33,924 bases of DNA from Candidatus Eiseniibacteriota bacterium. GTDB taxonomy: Bacteria > ARS69. The position numbers were made by a program, and so were the translations under genes. Position 1 is the stretch's first letter; every line of letters begins with the position of its first letter. The notes beneath the pieces were generated by a model. The model ran no database searches and had not been told where the DNA came from. It was given only the letters and a program-made list of their open reading frames with translations. Shown here in pieces: positions 26,689-33,924 of this stretch. The stretch spans positions 1 to 33,924 of the forward strand of contig JBQTGV010000114.1 of the NCBI GenBank assembly GCA_052390515.1, written 5' to 3'.

Positions 26689-27750
26689 ATGTCCGGACTC
26701 GTCCGGCCGCTCGCAGCGGTCGTGCTCGTGCTGCTTTCCGCGACCACGCAGAGTCGCGCCCAGAAGCTCAACCCGAACATATCAGTCATCGGCGACACCC
26801 GCGCCACGTGGAACGACACTACCGAGGACGTCGAGATCGGACTCGACGAGGTCGAGGTCGCGTTCGTCGGTCCGCTGAACCCCTACGCGAGCGCCGAGGT
26901 GTACGTCGGCTTCCACGGCGCGGAGACCGTCGAGATCGAGGAGGCGAAGCTCCTGCTCGACCGCTACCTGCCCGGCGGCTTCGGCCTCACCATCGGCCGG
27001 TTCCTGCAGGACTTCGGACAGCTCAACCAGCTTCACTCGCACGCGTATCCCTTCGTCGAGCGGCCGCTCATGCACGCCGAGTTCTTCGGCGAGGACGGCG
27101 TCGTCGACGAGGCGGTGCGGCTCGACTGGATCGCGCCGGCCGAGGAGGTGACGCTCCGCGCGAGCGCCGGCGCGGTGCGCGGCGATCTGTTCCTCGGTGG
27201 CCACCATCACGAGGAGGAGCCGAGCACGGAGGAAGAGGAGGAAGCTCCGGAGCTCGGCGTCACCGGGCGCCTCGATCTCTTCGCCCAACCGACGGAGGCG
27301 TTCTCCTTCCTGCTCGGCGGATCGGTCCTGCACGGCGAGCACGACACGCACGATGCGGCCATGGCCACGTGGATCTGCGCGGATGCCAAGGCGCGCTGGG
27401 ATCTGGGGCCCTACCGCGCGCTCGTGCTGAACGCCGAGGGCGTCTTCGGCTCCCTGGAGGAGACCGACGAGGCGGCCGAGTCCGATCCGAGCGGCTTCTT
27501 CGTTTCCGCCGACGTCCGCGCGAACCGGCGCTGGAATCTCGGGGGGTTCGTCGAGTCCGCCACTGAGCGCGCCGACGACGAGATCCGTACGAACCGCTAC
27601 GGCGGCTTCATCGGTCTCGGACTCATGGAGGAGACGACGATGTTCCGCCTCGTCGGCCACGTCACCGAGCCGGACGAAGGCAGCTCCGAGGTCGGCGTCA
27701 TCGCCCAGGCGCTGTTCGGCCTCGGTCCCCACAAGCCGCACCGCTACTAG
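26689..27750 (+). CDS. Putative His-rich outer-membrane beta-barrel for metal uptake, 353 aa
   Basis: AGGAGG SD; signal peptide; LNPNISVIGD, NQLHSHAYPFVERP, GHHHEEE loop, alternating beta-strand pattern, C-terminal LGPHKPHRY. Confidence 0.75.
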   Translation: MSGLVRPLAAVVLVLLSATTQSRAQKLNPNISVIGDTRATWNDTTEDVEIGLDEVEVAFVGPLNPYASAEVYVGFHGAETVEIEEAKLLLDRYLPGGFGLTIGRFLQDFGQLNQLHSHAYPFVERPLMHAEFFGEDGVVDEAVRLDWIAPAEEVTLRASAGAVRGDLFLGGHHHEEEPSTEEEEEAPELGVTGRLDLFAQPTEAFSFLLGGSVLHGEHDTHDAAMATWICADAKARWDLGPYRALVLNAEGVFGSLEETDEAAESDPSGFFVSADVRANRRWNLGGFVESATERADDEIRTNRYGGFIGLGLMEETTMFRLVGHVTEPDEGSSEVGVIAQALFGLGPHKPHRY

Positions 27751-27759
27751 GAGGCAGCC

Positions 27760-28641
27760 ATGCGAAGTCTACTGTCCGCGGCCATGGCCGCTCTCGTCCT
27801 CGCGGGGCCTACAGCGGCGGAGGCGCTGCGCATCGTCGCGGCGACGACCGATCTGGGCGCGATCGCACGCGCGGTCGCGCCCGAGGCGCAGATCGACGTA
27901 GTCGCCCGACCCGACCGCGACCCACACGCCCTAGAAGTGAGTCCGGGTACGATGCGCCTCGCCGCGAAGGCCGACGTCTATCTGGAAGCCGGCCTGTCGC
28001 TGGATACGTGGTCCGCCGACGTCGTCCGCGGCTCGCGCAACCGGAGCCTCGTGGTGGTGAACTGCGCGGAGGCCGTCGAGCCGATGGAGGTGCCGGTGGG
28101 GCGCGTGGACGCGTCCCAGGGAGACGTGCACCCCGAGGGCAATCCGCACTACTGGCTCGATCCGCTGAACGGAGCGAAGGTCGCCGGCCTCCTCGCCGAC
28201 CGACTCGGCGTCGTCGACGGCGCGCACGCGGCGGACTACGCGTCGCGCGCCGAGGCGTTCGCCGCGGAGATCGAGCGACGCATGCCGGCGTGGCGCTCGC
28301 AGCTCGAGGGGCGCCGGTTCATCGAGTACCACCGGACGTGGGCCTACCTCGCGGCGCGCTTCGGCGTGGACATCGCCGGGCGGGTGGAGCCGTTGCCCGG
28401 AATCCCTCCGAGCGCGAAGCACCTGGCCGCGCTCGCCCGGATCGTCCGTGAACGGAACGTGACCGTCGTCGTCCGCGACGTGTACCATAGCCCTTCGCCG
28501 ACCGAGTTCCTGGAGCGCGAGACCGGGGCGCGGGCGGTGGTTCTCGGATCGAGCTGCGAGGAGCCGACGGCGGAGTCGTACTTCGCGCTGTTCGATCGGG
28601 TCGCGGCCGTCCTCGGCGCCGCGGACGGAGGACGAAGCTGA
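27760..28641 (+). CDS. Cluster A-I metal ABC substrate-binding protein (ZnuA/TroA family)
   Basis: Signal peptide; DPHALE, GDVHPEGNPHYWLDP, YHRTWAY, EPLPGIPPSAKHL. Confidence 0.92.
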   Translation: MRSLLSAAMAALVLAGPTAAEALRIVAATTDLGAIARAVAPEAQIDVVARPDRDPHALEVSPGTMRLAAKADVYLEAGLSLDTWSADVVRGSRNRSLVVVNCAEAVEPMEVPVGRVDASQGDVHPEGNPHYWLDPLNGAKVAGLLADRLGVVDGAHAADYASRAEAFAAEIERRMPAWRSQLEGRRFIEYHRTWAYLAARFGVDIAGRVEPLPGIPPSAKHLAALARIVRERNVTVVVRDVYHSPSPTEFLERETGARAVVLGSSCEEPTAESYFALFDRVAAVLGAADGGRS

Positions 28642-29456
28642 TCTCCTGGCTCGTCGAGCCCTGGACCTACCCGTTCATGCGGTGGGCCCTCGCCTGCTCG
28701 CTCGTGCTGGCCGGGATCCACGCCTACCTCGGCTTCCACGTCGTCCGCCGCGGCGTGCTCTTCGTCGACCTGGCCATGGCGCAGATGGCCGCGCTCGGCG
28801 CGGCCGTCGGCGTCGTGCTGGGCCTGGAGCACGGCACGGTGGGCGAGTATGCGCTGTCCTGCGCGTTCGCACTGGGAGCCGCGGCCACGTTCGCGGTGGT
28901 GCGCAGCCGGCGCGTGCCCCAGGAGGCCGTGGTCGCCATCTGCTACGGGCTGGCCATGGCCGCCACGTTCGTGGTGCTGGAGCACTCGCCGCACGGAATG
29001 GAGGAGGTGAAGCACCTGCTGGTGGGGCAGGTGCTCACCGTCGCGCCGAGCAAGGTGCTGCTCACCGCCGGTCTGTACGCGCTGCTAGCGCTCGTGCTGG
29101 CGCGCTTCCACCGCCGCATCGTCGCCGTGACGGAGAGCCGGGCCGACGCGCGTGACCCGCTCGCGGACTTCGTGTTCTACGGCGTCTTCGCGCTGGTGGT
29201 CACGAGCTCGGTCGGCCTGGTCGGCGTGCTGCTGGTCTTCGCGCTGCTGGTCATGCCCTCGGTGGCCGCGCTGCTGCTGTCGCGCGGGCACGGCTCCGCG
29301 CTGGCCTGGGGGTGGGCGCTGGCCGCCGCCGGCGCGTTCGCCGGGCTGCACTTCTCGTTCCACCTCGACTTGCCCGCGGCGCCGGTGATCGTGCTCGCGC
29401 TGGCCGCGGCCGTGCTCGTGGCCGGGGCGATCCACCGCCGCCTCCCCGACGACTGA
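28638..29456 (+). CDS. Metal ABC permease (ZnuB/ABC-3 family), probable CTG start
   Basis: YLGFHVVRRGVLFVDLAMAQMAALGAA, EAVVAICY, HLLVGQVL, VGVLLVFALLVMPS. GGAGG SD then in-frame CTG at 28638; first ATG at 28677. Confidence 0.88.
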   Translation: MISWLVEPWTYPFMRWALACSLVLAGIHAYLGFHVVRRGVLFVDLAMAQMAALGAAVGVVLGLEHGTVGEYALSCAFALGAAATFAVVRSRRVPQEAVVAICYGLAMAATFVVLEHSPHGMEEVKHLLVGQVLTVAPSKVLLTAGLYALLALVLARFHRRIVAVTESRADARDPLADFVFYGVFALVVTSSVGLVGVLLVFALLVMPSVAALLLSRGHGSALAWGWALAAAGAFAGLHFSFHLDLPAAPVIVLALAAAVLVAGAIHRRLPDD

Positions 29457-31468
29457 TGGTCAAGACCGCGGCCTTCGCGGTCGCCGCCGTCGCCCTGTTC
29501 TTCGCCCTGCTCGAGGGCGTGCTGGCGTTGGCCGGCGTTCGACCTGGCGCTCGCGACGAGGATCCGTTCGTCGGCTTCGCCGGCCGCCTCCCGCTCTTCG
29601 TCGAGCGCGACGAAGGCGTGATGGAGACGGCCCGCGGCAAGCTCTCCTGGTTCAACCCGCAGGAGTTCCCGCGCGAGAAGCCGGACGGCGTCTTCCGTGT
29701 CTTCGCGGTCGGAGGCTCCACGACCTGGGCGCAGCCCTGGGGCGACGAGGGATCGTTCTGCGCGTGGCTTCGGGAGCTGCTGCCGGCGTGCGATCCCACG
29801 CGACGCTGGGAGGTGATCAACGCCGGCGGCATCAGCTACGCCAGCTACCGCGAGGCGCTCGTCCTCGAGGAGCTGTGCCGCTACCAGCCGGATCTCTTCA
29901 TCGTATCCAGCGGGCACAACGAGTTCCTGGAGCGGCGCACGTACAGCGAGCTGCTGGATACGCCGGTGGCGTTCCGGGAGGCGGGCGCGTTCCTCGACCG
30001 CACGCGGGTGTACACGGCGATGCGCCGGCTGCTCGGCCGGACCGGCGCCGCTGCTCCCCGCCGCGACGTCCTTCCGGTCGAGGTCGATGCGCTCTTGGAC
30101 CGCTCCATCGGACCGGAGGACTACGTCCGCGACGACACCGAGCGCGTCCGCGTGCTCAACCACTTCCGCTTCAACCTGGAGCGAATGGTGCGCGCGGCGC
30201 GGGCCGCCGGAGCCGAGATCGTGCTGGTCACGCCGGCGGTGAACCTGCGCGGGACCGCGCCCTTCAAGAGCGAGCCCTCCGCCGGGCTCACAGAGGCCGA
30301 CGCCGTGCGCTTCGCCGTGCTCACGACGGCGGCGGAGGCCGCGCGCTCCGAAGAGCGGCCGGACGACGCGGCGGCCGCGCTGGAGGAGGCGGTCCGCATC
30401 GATCCGCGCCACGCCTCGACGCAGTTCCGCCTCGGCACCGTGCTGTACGCGCTCGGCCGGCATGACGAATCCCGGGCGGCGTTCGTGCGCGCGCTCGTCG
30501 AGGACGTGTGTCCGCTCCGCGCCCTGCCCGACATGGTCGAGATCGTGCGGGACGTCGGAGCGCGCGCCGGTGCGCCCGTCGCGGACTTCGCGGCGGCGGT
30601 CGAGCGGGCCTCGCCGCACGGCATCCCCGGGAACGAGTTGTTCGTCGATCACGTGCACGTGTCCGTACGCGGCAACGGGCTGGTCGCCAGAACGATCCTC
30701 GAGTCCCTCGTCGATCGCGGCATCGTCCGGCCCGGGCCGGACTGGAGCCCGGCGATCTTCGAGGAGACGGCCGCGGTGATCGAGTCGCGGGTGGACCCCG
30801 GCGACCAGGCCAGGGCCTTGGCGAATCTCGCGCGGCTGATCGGCTGGGCGGGCAAGGCGGAGGAGGGTTACGAGCTCGCGCTGCGGGCGCTGGCCGCCGA
30901 GCCGGGGAACGCGGACGCGGCCGGGCTGGCCGCGGCCTTCGCCCACCGTCTGGGGCGAAGCGTCGACGCGAGGAAGTGGGCGGAGGAGACGATCCGCCTC
31001 GACCCGCAAAGCGCGAAGGCCCACGACGTGCTCGGACTCGTGCTGGTCGAGGCCGGCGAGGTGGAAGCGGGGATCGAGCACCACCGTGAGTCGATCCGGC
31101 TGGAGCCCGAGTCCGCTGATTCGCGCAACAACCTGGGCCTCGCGCTGACGCGGGCGGGCCGGCTGAGCGAGGCGCTGGCCGCGTGCGACGAGGCGATCCG
31201 GCTCCGCCCCGACTTCGCCGAGGCGCACAACAACCGCGGGATCGCGCTCGCGAGGATCGGACGCGCCGAGGAGGCGATGGCCGCATTCCACGAGGCGCTC
31301 CGCCTCCGGGCGGAATACCCGCAGGCCCGCAACAACCTGGGCCTGGTGCTCGCCGGGATGGGGCGTTACGCGGAGGCGGCCGCGGAGTTCGAGGCGGCGC
31401 TGCGCATCCGGCCGGACTACTGGGAAGCGCGCAGGAACCTGGAAGCGGCGCGGGCCCGCGGGGGATGA
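29456..31468 (+). CDS. Membrane-anchored SGNH-hydrolase-like protein with TPR repeats, 670 aa
   Basis: TGATG overlap; N-terminal TM; VGGSTT, VINAGG, GHNE, FVDHVH blocks; C-terminal TPRs (NNLGLAL, AEAHNNRGIAL, ARNNLGLVL). Confidence 0.85.
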   Translation: MVKTAAFAVAAVALFFALLEGVLALAGVRPGARDEDPFVGFAGRLPLFVERDEGVMETARGKLSWFNPQEFPREKPDGVFRVFAVGGSTTWAQPWGDEGSFCAWLRELLPACDPTRRWEVINAGGISYASYREALVLEELCRYQPDLFIVSSGHNEFLERRTYSELLDTPVAFREAGAFLDRTRVYTAMRRLLGRTGAAAPRRDVLPVEVDALLDRSIGPEDYVRDDTERVRVLNHFRFNLERMVRAARAAGAEIVLVTPAVNLRGTAPFKSEPSAGLTEADAVRFAVLTTAAEAARSEERPDDAAAALEEAVRIDPRHASTQFRLGTVLYALGRHDESRAAFVRALVEDVCPLRALPDMVEIVRDVGARAGAPVADFAAAVERASPHGIPGNELFVDHVHVSVRGNGLVARTILESLVDRGIVRPGPDWSPAIFEETAAVIESRVDPGDQARALANLARLIGWAGKAEEGYELALRALAAEPGNADAAGLAAAFAHRLGRSVDARKWAEETIRLDPQSAKAHDVLGLVLVEAGEVEAGIEHHRESIRLEPESADSRNNLGLALTRAGRLSEALAACDEAIRLRPDFAEAHNNRGIALARIGRAEEAMAAFHEALRLRAEYPQARNNLGLVLAGMGRYAEAAAEFEAALRIRPDYWEARRNLEAARARGG

Positions 31469-31471
31469 CGG

Positions 31472-31500
31472 CGCGGGGCCTCCGCCATGGAGACCCCGCG
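31472..31500. terminator. Hairpin between convergent genes, possible bidirectional terminator
   Basis: CGCGGGGCCTCC / GGAGACCCCGCG, 11 of 12 pairs, 5-nt loop; no U-tract. Confidence 0.45.
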
Positions 31501-31528
31501 GACCCGAACGAGGCGCGGCCCCGGTCGG

Positions 31529-33799
31529 CTACCGGGCCATGACCACCTTGTGCGTCGTCGTCGTCTCTCCCGTGCGAAGCTGCACGAAGTAGACGCCGGC
31601 GGCCAGCCGCCGGCCGCCGTCGTCACGGCCGTCCCAGGCCACCTGCCGCGCACCGGCTCCACAACGACCGTCCATCAGGCTCGCCACGCGACGCCCGGTC
31701 ACGTCCAGCACGTCGAGCGAGACCTCCGCCGCGGTCGGGAGCTCGAACGAGAGCGTCGTCGATTCGCGGAAGGGATTCGGAAACGTCCCCACGCCGGCCG
31801 TCGGCCGCGACATCTCCCGCGCCGAACCCGTCCCCGCCGAGGCCGTCGTACCTCCCGTGCGGAACGACGTCTGCACGAGGTCCCCCCACCCGACGCCGTC
31901 GTAGCCGTTCGCGTAGTAGATGCGGCTGCCGGTCACGTCGACGGCGCGCGCCTGGCCGCCGATGTCGTAGTCCAGGAACTCGACGGGGTTCGCCGGATCC
32001 TCGGCGTCGATGCCGCGGATGCCGTCCTCGCCCTTGGCCAGCCAAGCCACGATGTGCTTCGTCGTGTCGTTGGTGTACAGCGAGCGACGGTCGATCTCGA
32101 CGTCGTACACGGGCGACGTCCCGGAGAAACTGATGCCGCCGAGCCGCACCGGCTGCGCTGAATTGGACACGTCGAAGATCTCGAGGCCCGTCGCGGTGCC
32201 CGCATACGCGCGGCTCCCGAACAGCTCCACGTCGGTGAAGGAGCCCGGGATCGACGCGCTCACCGCGGGCGTCGCGGGAGCCGAGATGTCCACGAAGGTC
32301 AGCGCCGTCGGCGTCGCGATCGACGCGAGGTCGCCCTTGAGGGAAACCCTGCCGTCCAGGAAGAAGCTCGGGTCCGTGCCGAGCAGCAGCGGGGAGCTCG
32401 GGTCCGCCACGTCGTATACCCGGAATCCGTGCGGGTACTCCAGCGCGACGGCTTTCGATCCGGAGACGGCGAAGTCCCACACGTCGGCGGACAGGATCGC
32501 GCCGACCTGCGCCGTCGCGCTTCGCTCGATCTCGTACACCTCCGTCCCGAGCCCCGAGGCGAAGACCCACCACATCGGCGTCACGGCTGTTCCCGGACGC
32601 GCGCCACCGACCAGTCCGAGCGCCGCCTGCAAGAGGTCCACGCGCCGGGTGAAGTCGGGGTGAAAGAAGTTTCCGCCCGCGACCGCGGCTGGGCCGGTCC
32701 ACAACACCTCGAGTCCGTTGCCTCCCCAGGCGATGGCCACGGTGCCGTTCGCCGCGGCGACGTCGAGTGCGTCGCCACCGGTGAAGGTCGTCGTCCACTT
32801 CGTCGGATCCAGCATGGACTGGTACGGAGCGGACGCCATGCCGCCGGGGGTCGTAGCACACAGCACCTTCGCGCCGCCGCCACGATCGAAGATCTGAAGA
32901 TCGCGGACCTCCGGTGGGTACGTCGCATCGTTCGCCATCGACACGCTTCCGCGAAACGCCGGCGTGGCGGGGTTGGCCAGGTCGACGAGGCACACGTTGG
33001 CCGACGGGTCGGCGAACGCGAGATCGGTTCCATTCGACGTCATGCGAGTGGGGAAGTTCGCGGGCAGGAAGCCGACCGGCGGTCCGCCCGCCGAGCTGAA
33101 CACGTTGATGGAGAAGGGCGTGCCGGCGACCACCCAGCCGTTGCAGAACCCGAGGGCCGTGGGAAAGCCGGGCAGGAAGGCTCCGGGCGTCATGGGTGTC
33201 GTCCCCGTGTCGAAGATCTGGATTCCCGGACCCTGCGGAGCCACGAGCTTGCCCTTCTCCACGTCGAACGTCGGCGCGGTGACGATGATCTGGTCGTCCG
33301 CTGAGATCGCGTCGGCCTGCATCAGGTACGAGCGGAGGCTCAACGCGGTCTCGTCCAGCACGAACACCTTGGAGCCGTCCCTCTTCGCCGTCGTGTAGCT
33401 CCCGTGCGTGTCCGTGGTGTTCGCCGGAATCAGCGGATTGCGCGGGTCGGTGAGATCGACCATGTACACCCCGCCCGGCACCACCGCGATCGCGACGTCG
33501 GAGAATGCGTCGCCGGGAGCGGCCACGGTGAGGCTGCTGATCTTGCCTGGCAGCGTGATCGAGCCGAGGATCTGCGGCTGTGCGTCGGGCTTCGCGGCGT
33601 CGAGCACCTCGACGCGCGCCCCGATCGCTCGGATCCGGTACTCCGTTCCGCCGGCGTGTCTCCAGGTCTGCAGCGCCACACAGCTCCCGCCGGTCCTGCT
33701 CACCTCGTTGATCGTCAGAGTCCCGCCGGCGGTGCCGGCGCCGGCCGTCCCCACGCCGAGGCATCCCGTCACGATGCCGAATAGAACCACGCGCTTCAT
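31529..33799 (-). CDS. Secreted LVIVD-repeat beta-propeller protein with C-terminal FlgD-Ig/T9SS-like domain, 756 aa
   Basis: AGGAGG SD; signal peptide; repeats YMVDLTDPRNP, CLVDLANPATP, RVYDVADPSSP, TFVDISAPATP, EIFDVSNSAQP; C-terminus FPNPFREST...LDVTGRRV...WDGRDDGGRRLAAGVYFVQL. Confidence 0.88.
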   Translation of the reverse strand: MKRVVLFGIVTGCLGVGTAGAGTAGGTLTINEVSRTGGSCVALQTWRHAGGTEYRIRAIGARVEVLDAAKPDAQPQILGSITLPGKISSLTVAAPGDAFSDVAIAVVPGGVYMVDLTDPRNPLIPANTTDTHGSYTTAKRDGSKVFVLDETALSLRSYLMQADAISADDQIIVTAPTFDVEKGKLVAPQGPGIQIFDTGTTPMTPGAFLPGFPTALGFCNGWVVAGTPFSINVFSSAGGPPVGFLPANFPTRMTSNGTDLAFADPSANVCLVDLANPATPAFRGSVSMANDATYPPEVRDLQIFDRGGGAKVLCATTPGGMASAPYQSMLDPTKWTTTFTGGDALDVAAANGTVAIAWGGNGLEVLWTGPAAVAGGNFFHPDFTRRVDLLQAALGLVGGARPGTAVTPMWWVFASGLGTEVYEIERSATAQVGAILSADVWDFAVSGSKAVALEYPHGFRVYDVADPSSPLLLGTDPSFFLDGRVSLKGDLASIATPTALTFVDISAPATPAVSASIPGSFTDVELFGSRAYAGTATGLEIFDVSNSAQPVRLGGISFSGTSPVYDVEIDRRSLYTNDTTKHIVAWLAKGEDGIRGIDAEDPANPVEFLDYDIGGQARAVDVTGSRIYYANGYDGVGWGDLVQTSFRTGGTTASAGTGSAREMSRPTAGVGTFPNPFRESTTLSFELPTAAEVSLDVLDVTGRRVASLMDGRCGAGARQVAWDGRDDGGRRLAAGVYFVQLRTGETTTTHKVVMAR

Positions 33800-33885
33800 G
33801 TCCGCCCTCCTGTCGGTTTCCCGGCGGGGTCGTCCGGCCTCCGCCGGCTTCCCGCCCCTCGAGTGCCCATAACCACGAGGGCTGG

Positions 33886-33918
33886 GAACCGAACACGCGG
33901 CCGGACCGTGTTCGGTTC
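33886..33918. repeat. 12-bp inverted repeat (terminator or regulatory hairpin upstream of the LVIVD gene)
   Basis: GAACCGAACACG (33886-33897) / CGTGTTCGGTTC (33907-33918). Confidence 0.6.
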
Positions 33919-33924
33919 GCGCCC

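Overview
A gene-dense, very GC-rich bacterial chromosomal window with no mobile element or CRISPR array. Secreted proteins with FlgD-Ig/T9SS-like C-terminal domains and a 'WGxxKxxY' tail suggest an FCB-group lineage such as Eisenbacteria, Krumholzibacteriota or Latescibacterota (inference). From left to right: a truncated Ig-like lipoprotein; a translationally coupled minus-strand operon (FG-GAP/ASPIC-UnbV protein, B12-dependent radical SAM enzyme with a C-terminal PqqD/RRE-like domain, 60-aa peptide) that looks like an undescribed RiPP system; a CHRD protein; type II NADH dehydrogenase; a small membrane protein; an 8-repeat secreted protein; a housekeeping run (tRNA-Phe, tRNA-Thr, glmM, glmS, ridA, tRNA-Sec, DUF5683-like, lepB, lepA); galE; a 71-aa orphan; YfhO-like, MOSC and degenerate sulfatase genes; ispH, TerB, GT39 and a Mesh1-like HD hydrolase; a metal-uptake operon led by a His/CxxC leader peptide ending in an RSPP arrest-like motif whose codons can pair with the next gene's Shine-Dalgarno; an SGNH-TPR protein; and an LVIVD-repeat secreted protein. 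The two strongest leads are the candidate RiPP locus (927-5082) and the arrest-peptide-controlled, ATPase-less metal import operon (26364-29456). All family calls are from motif recognition by eye, not database searches.
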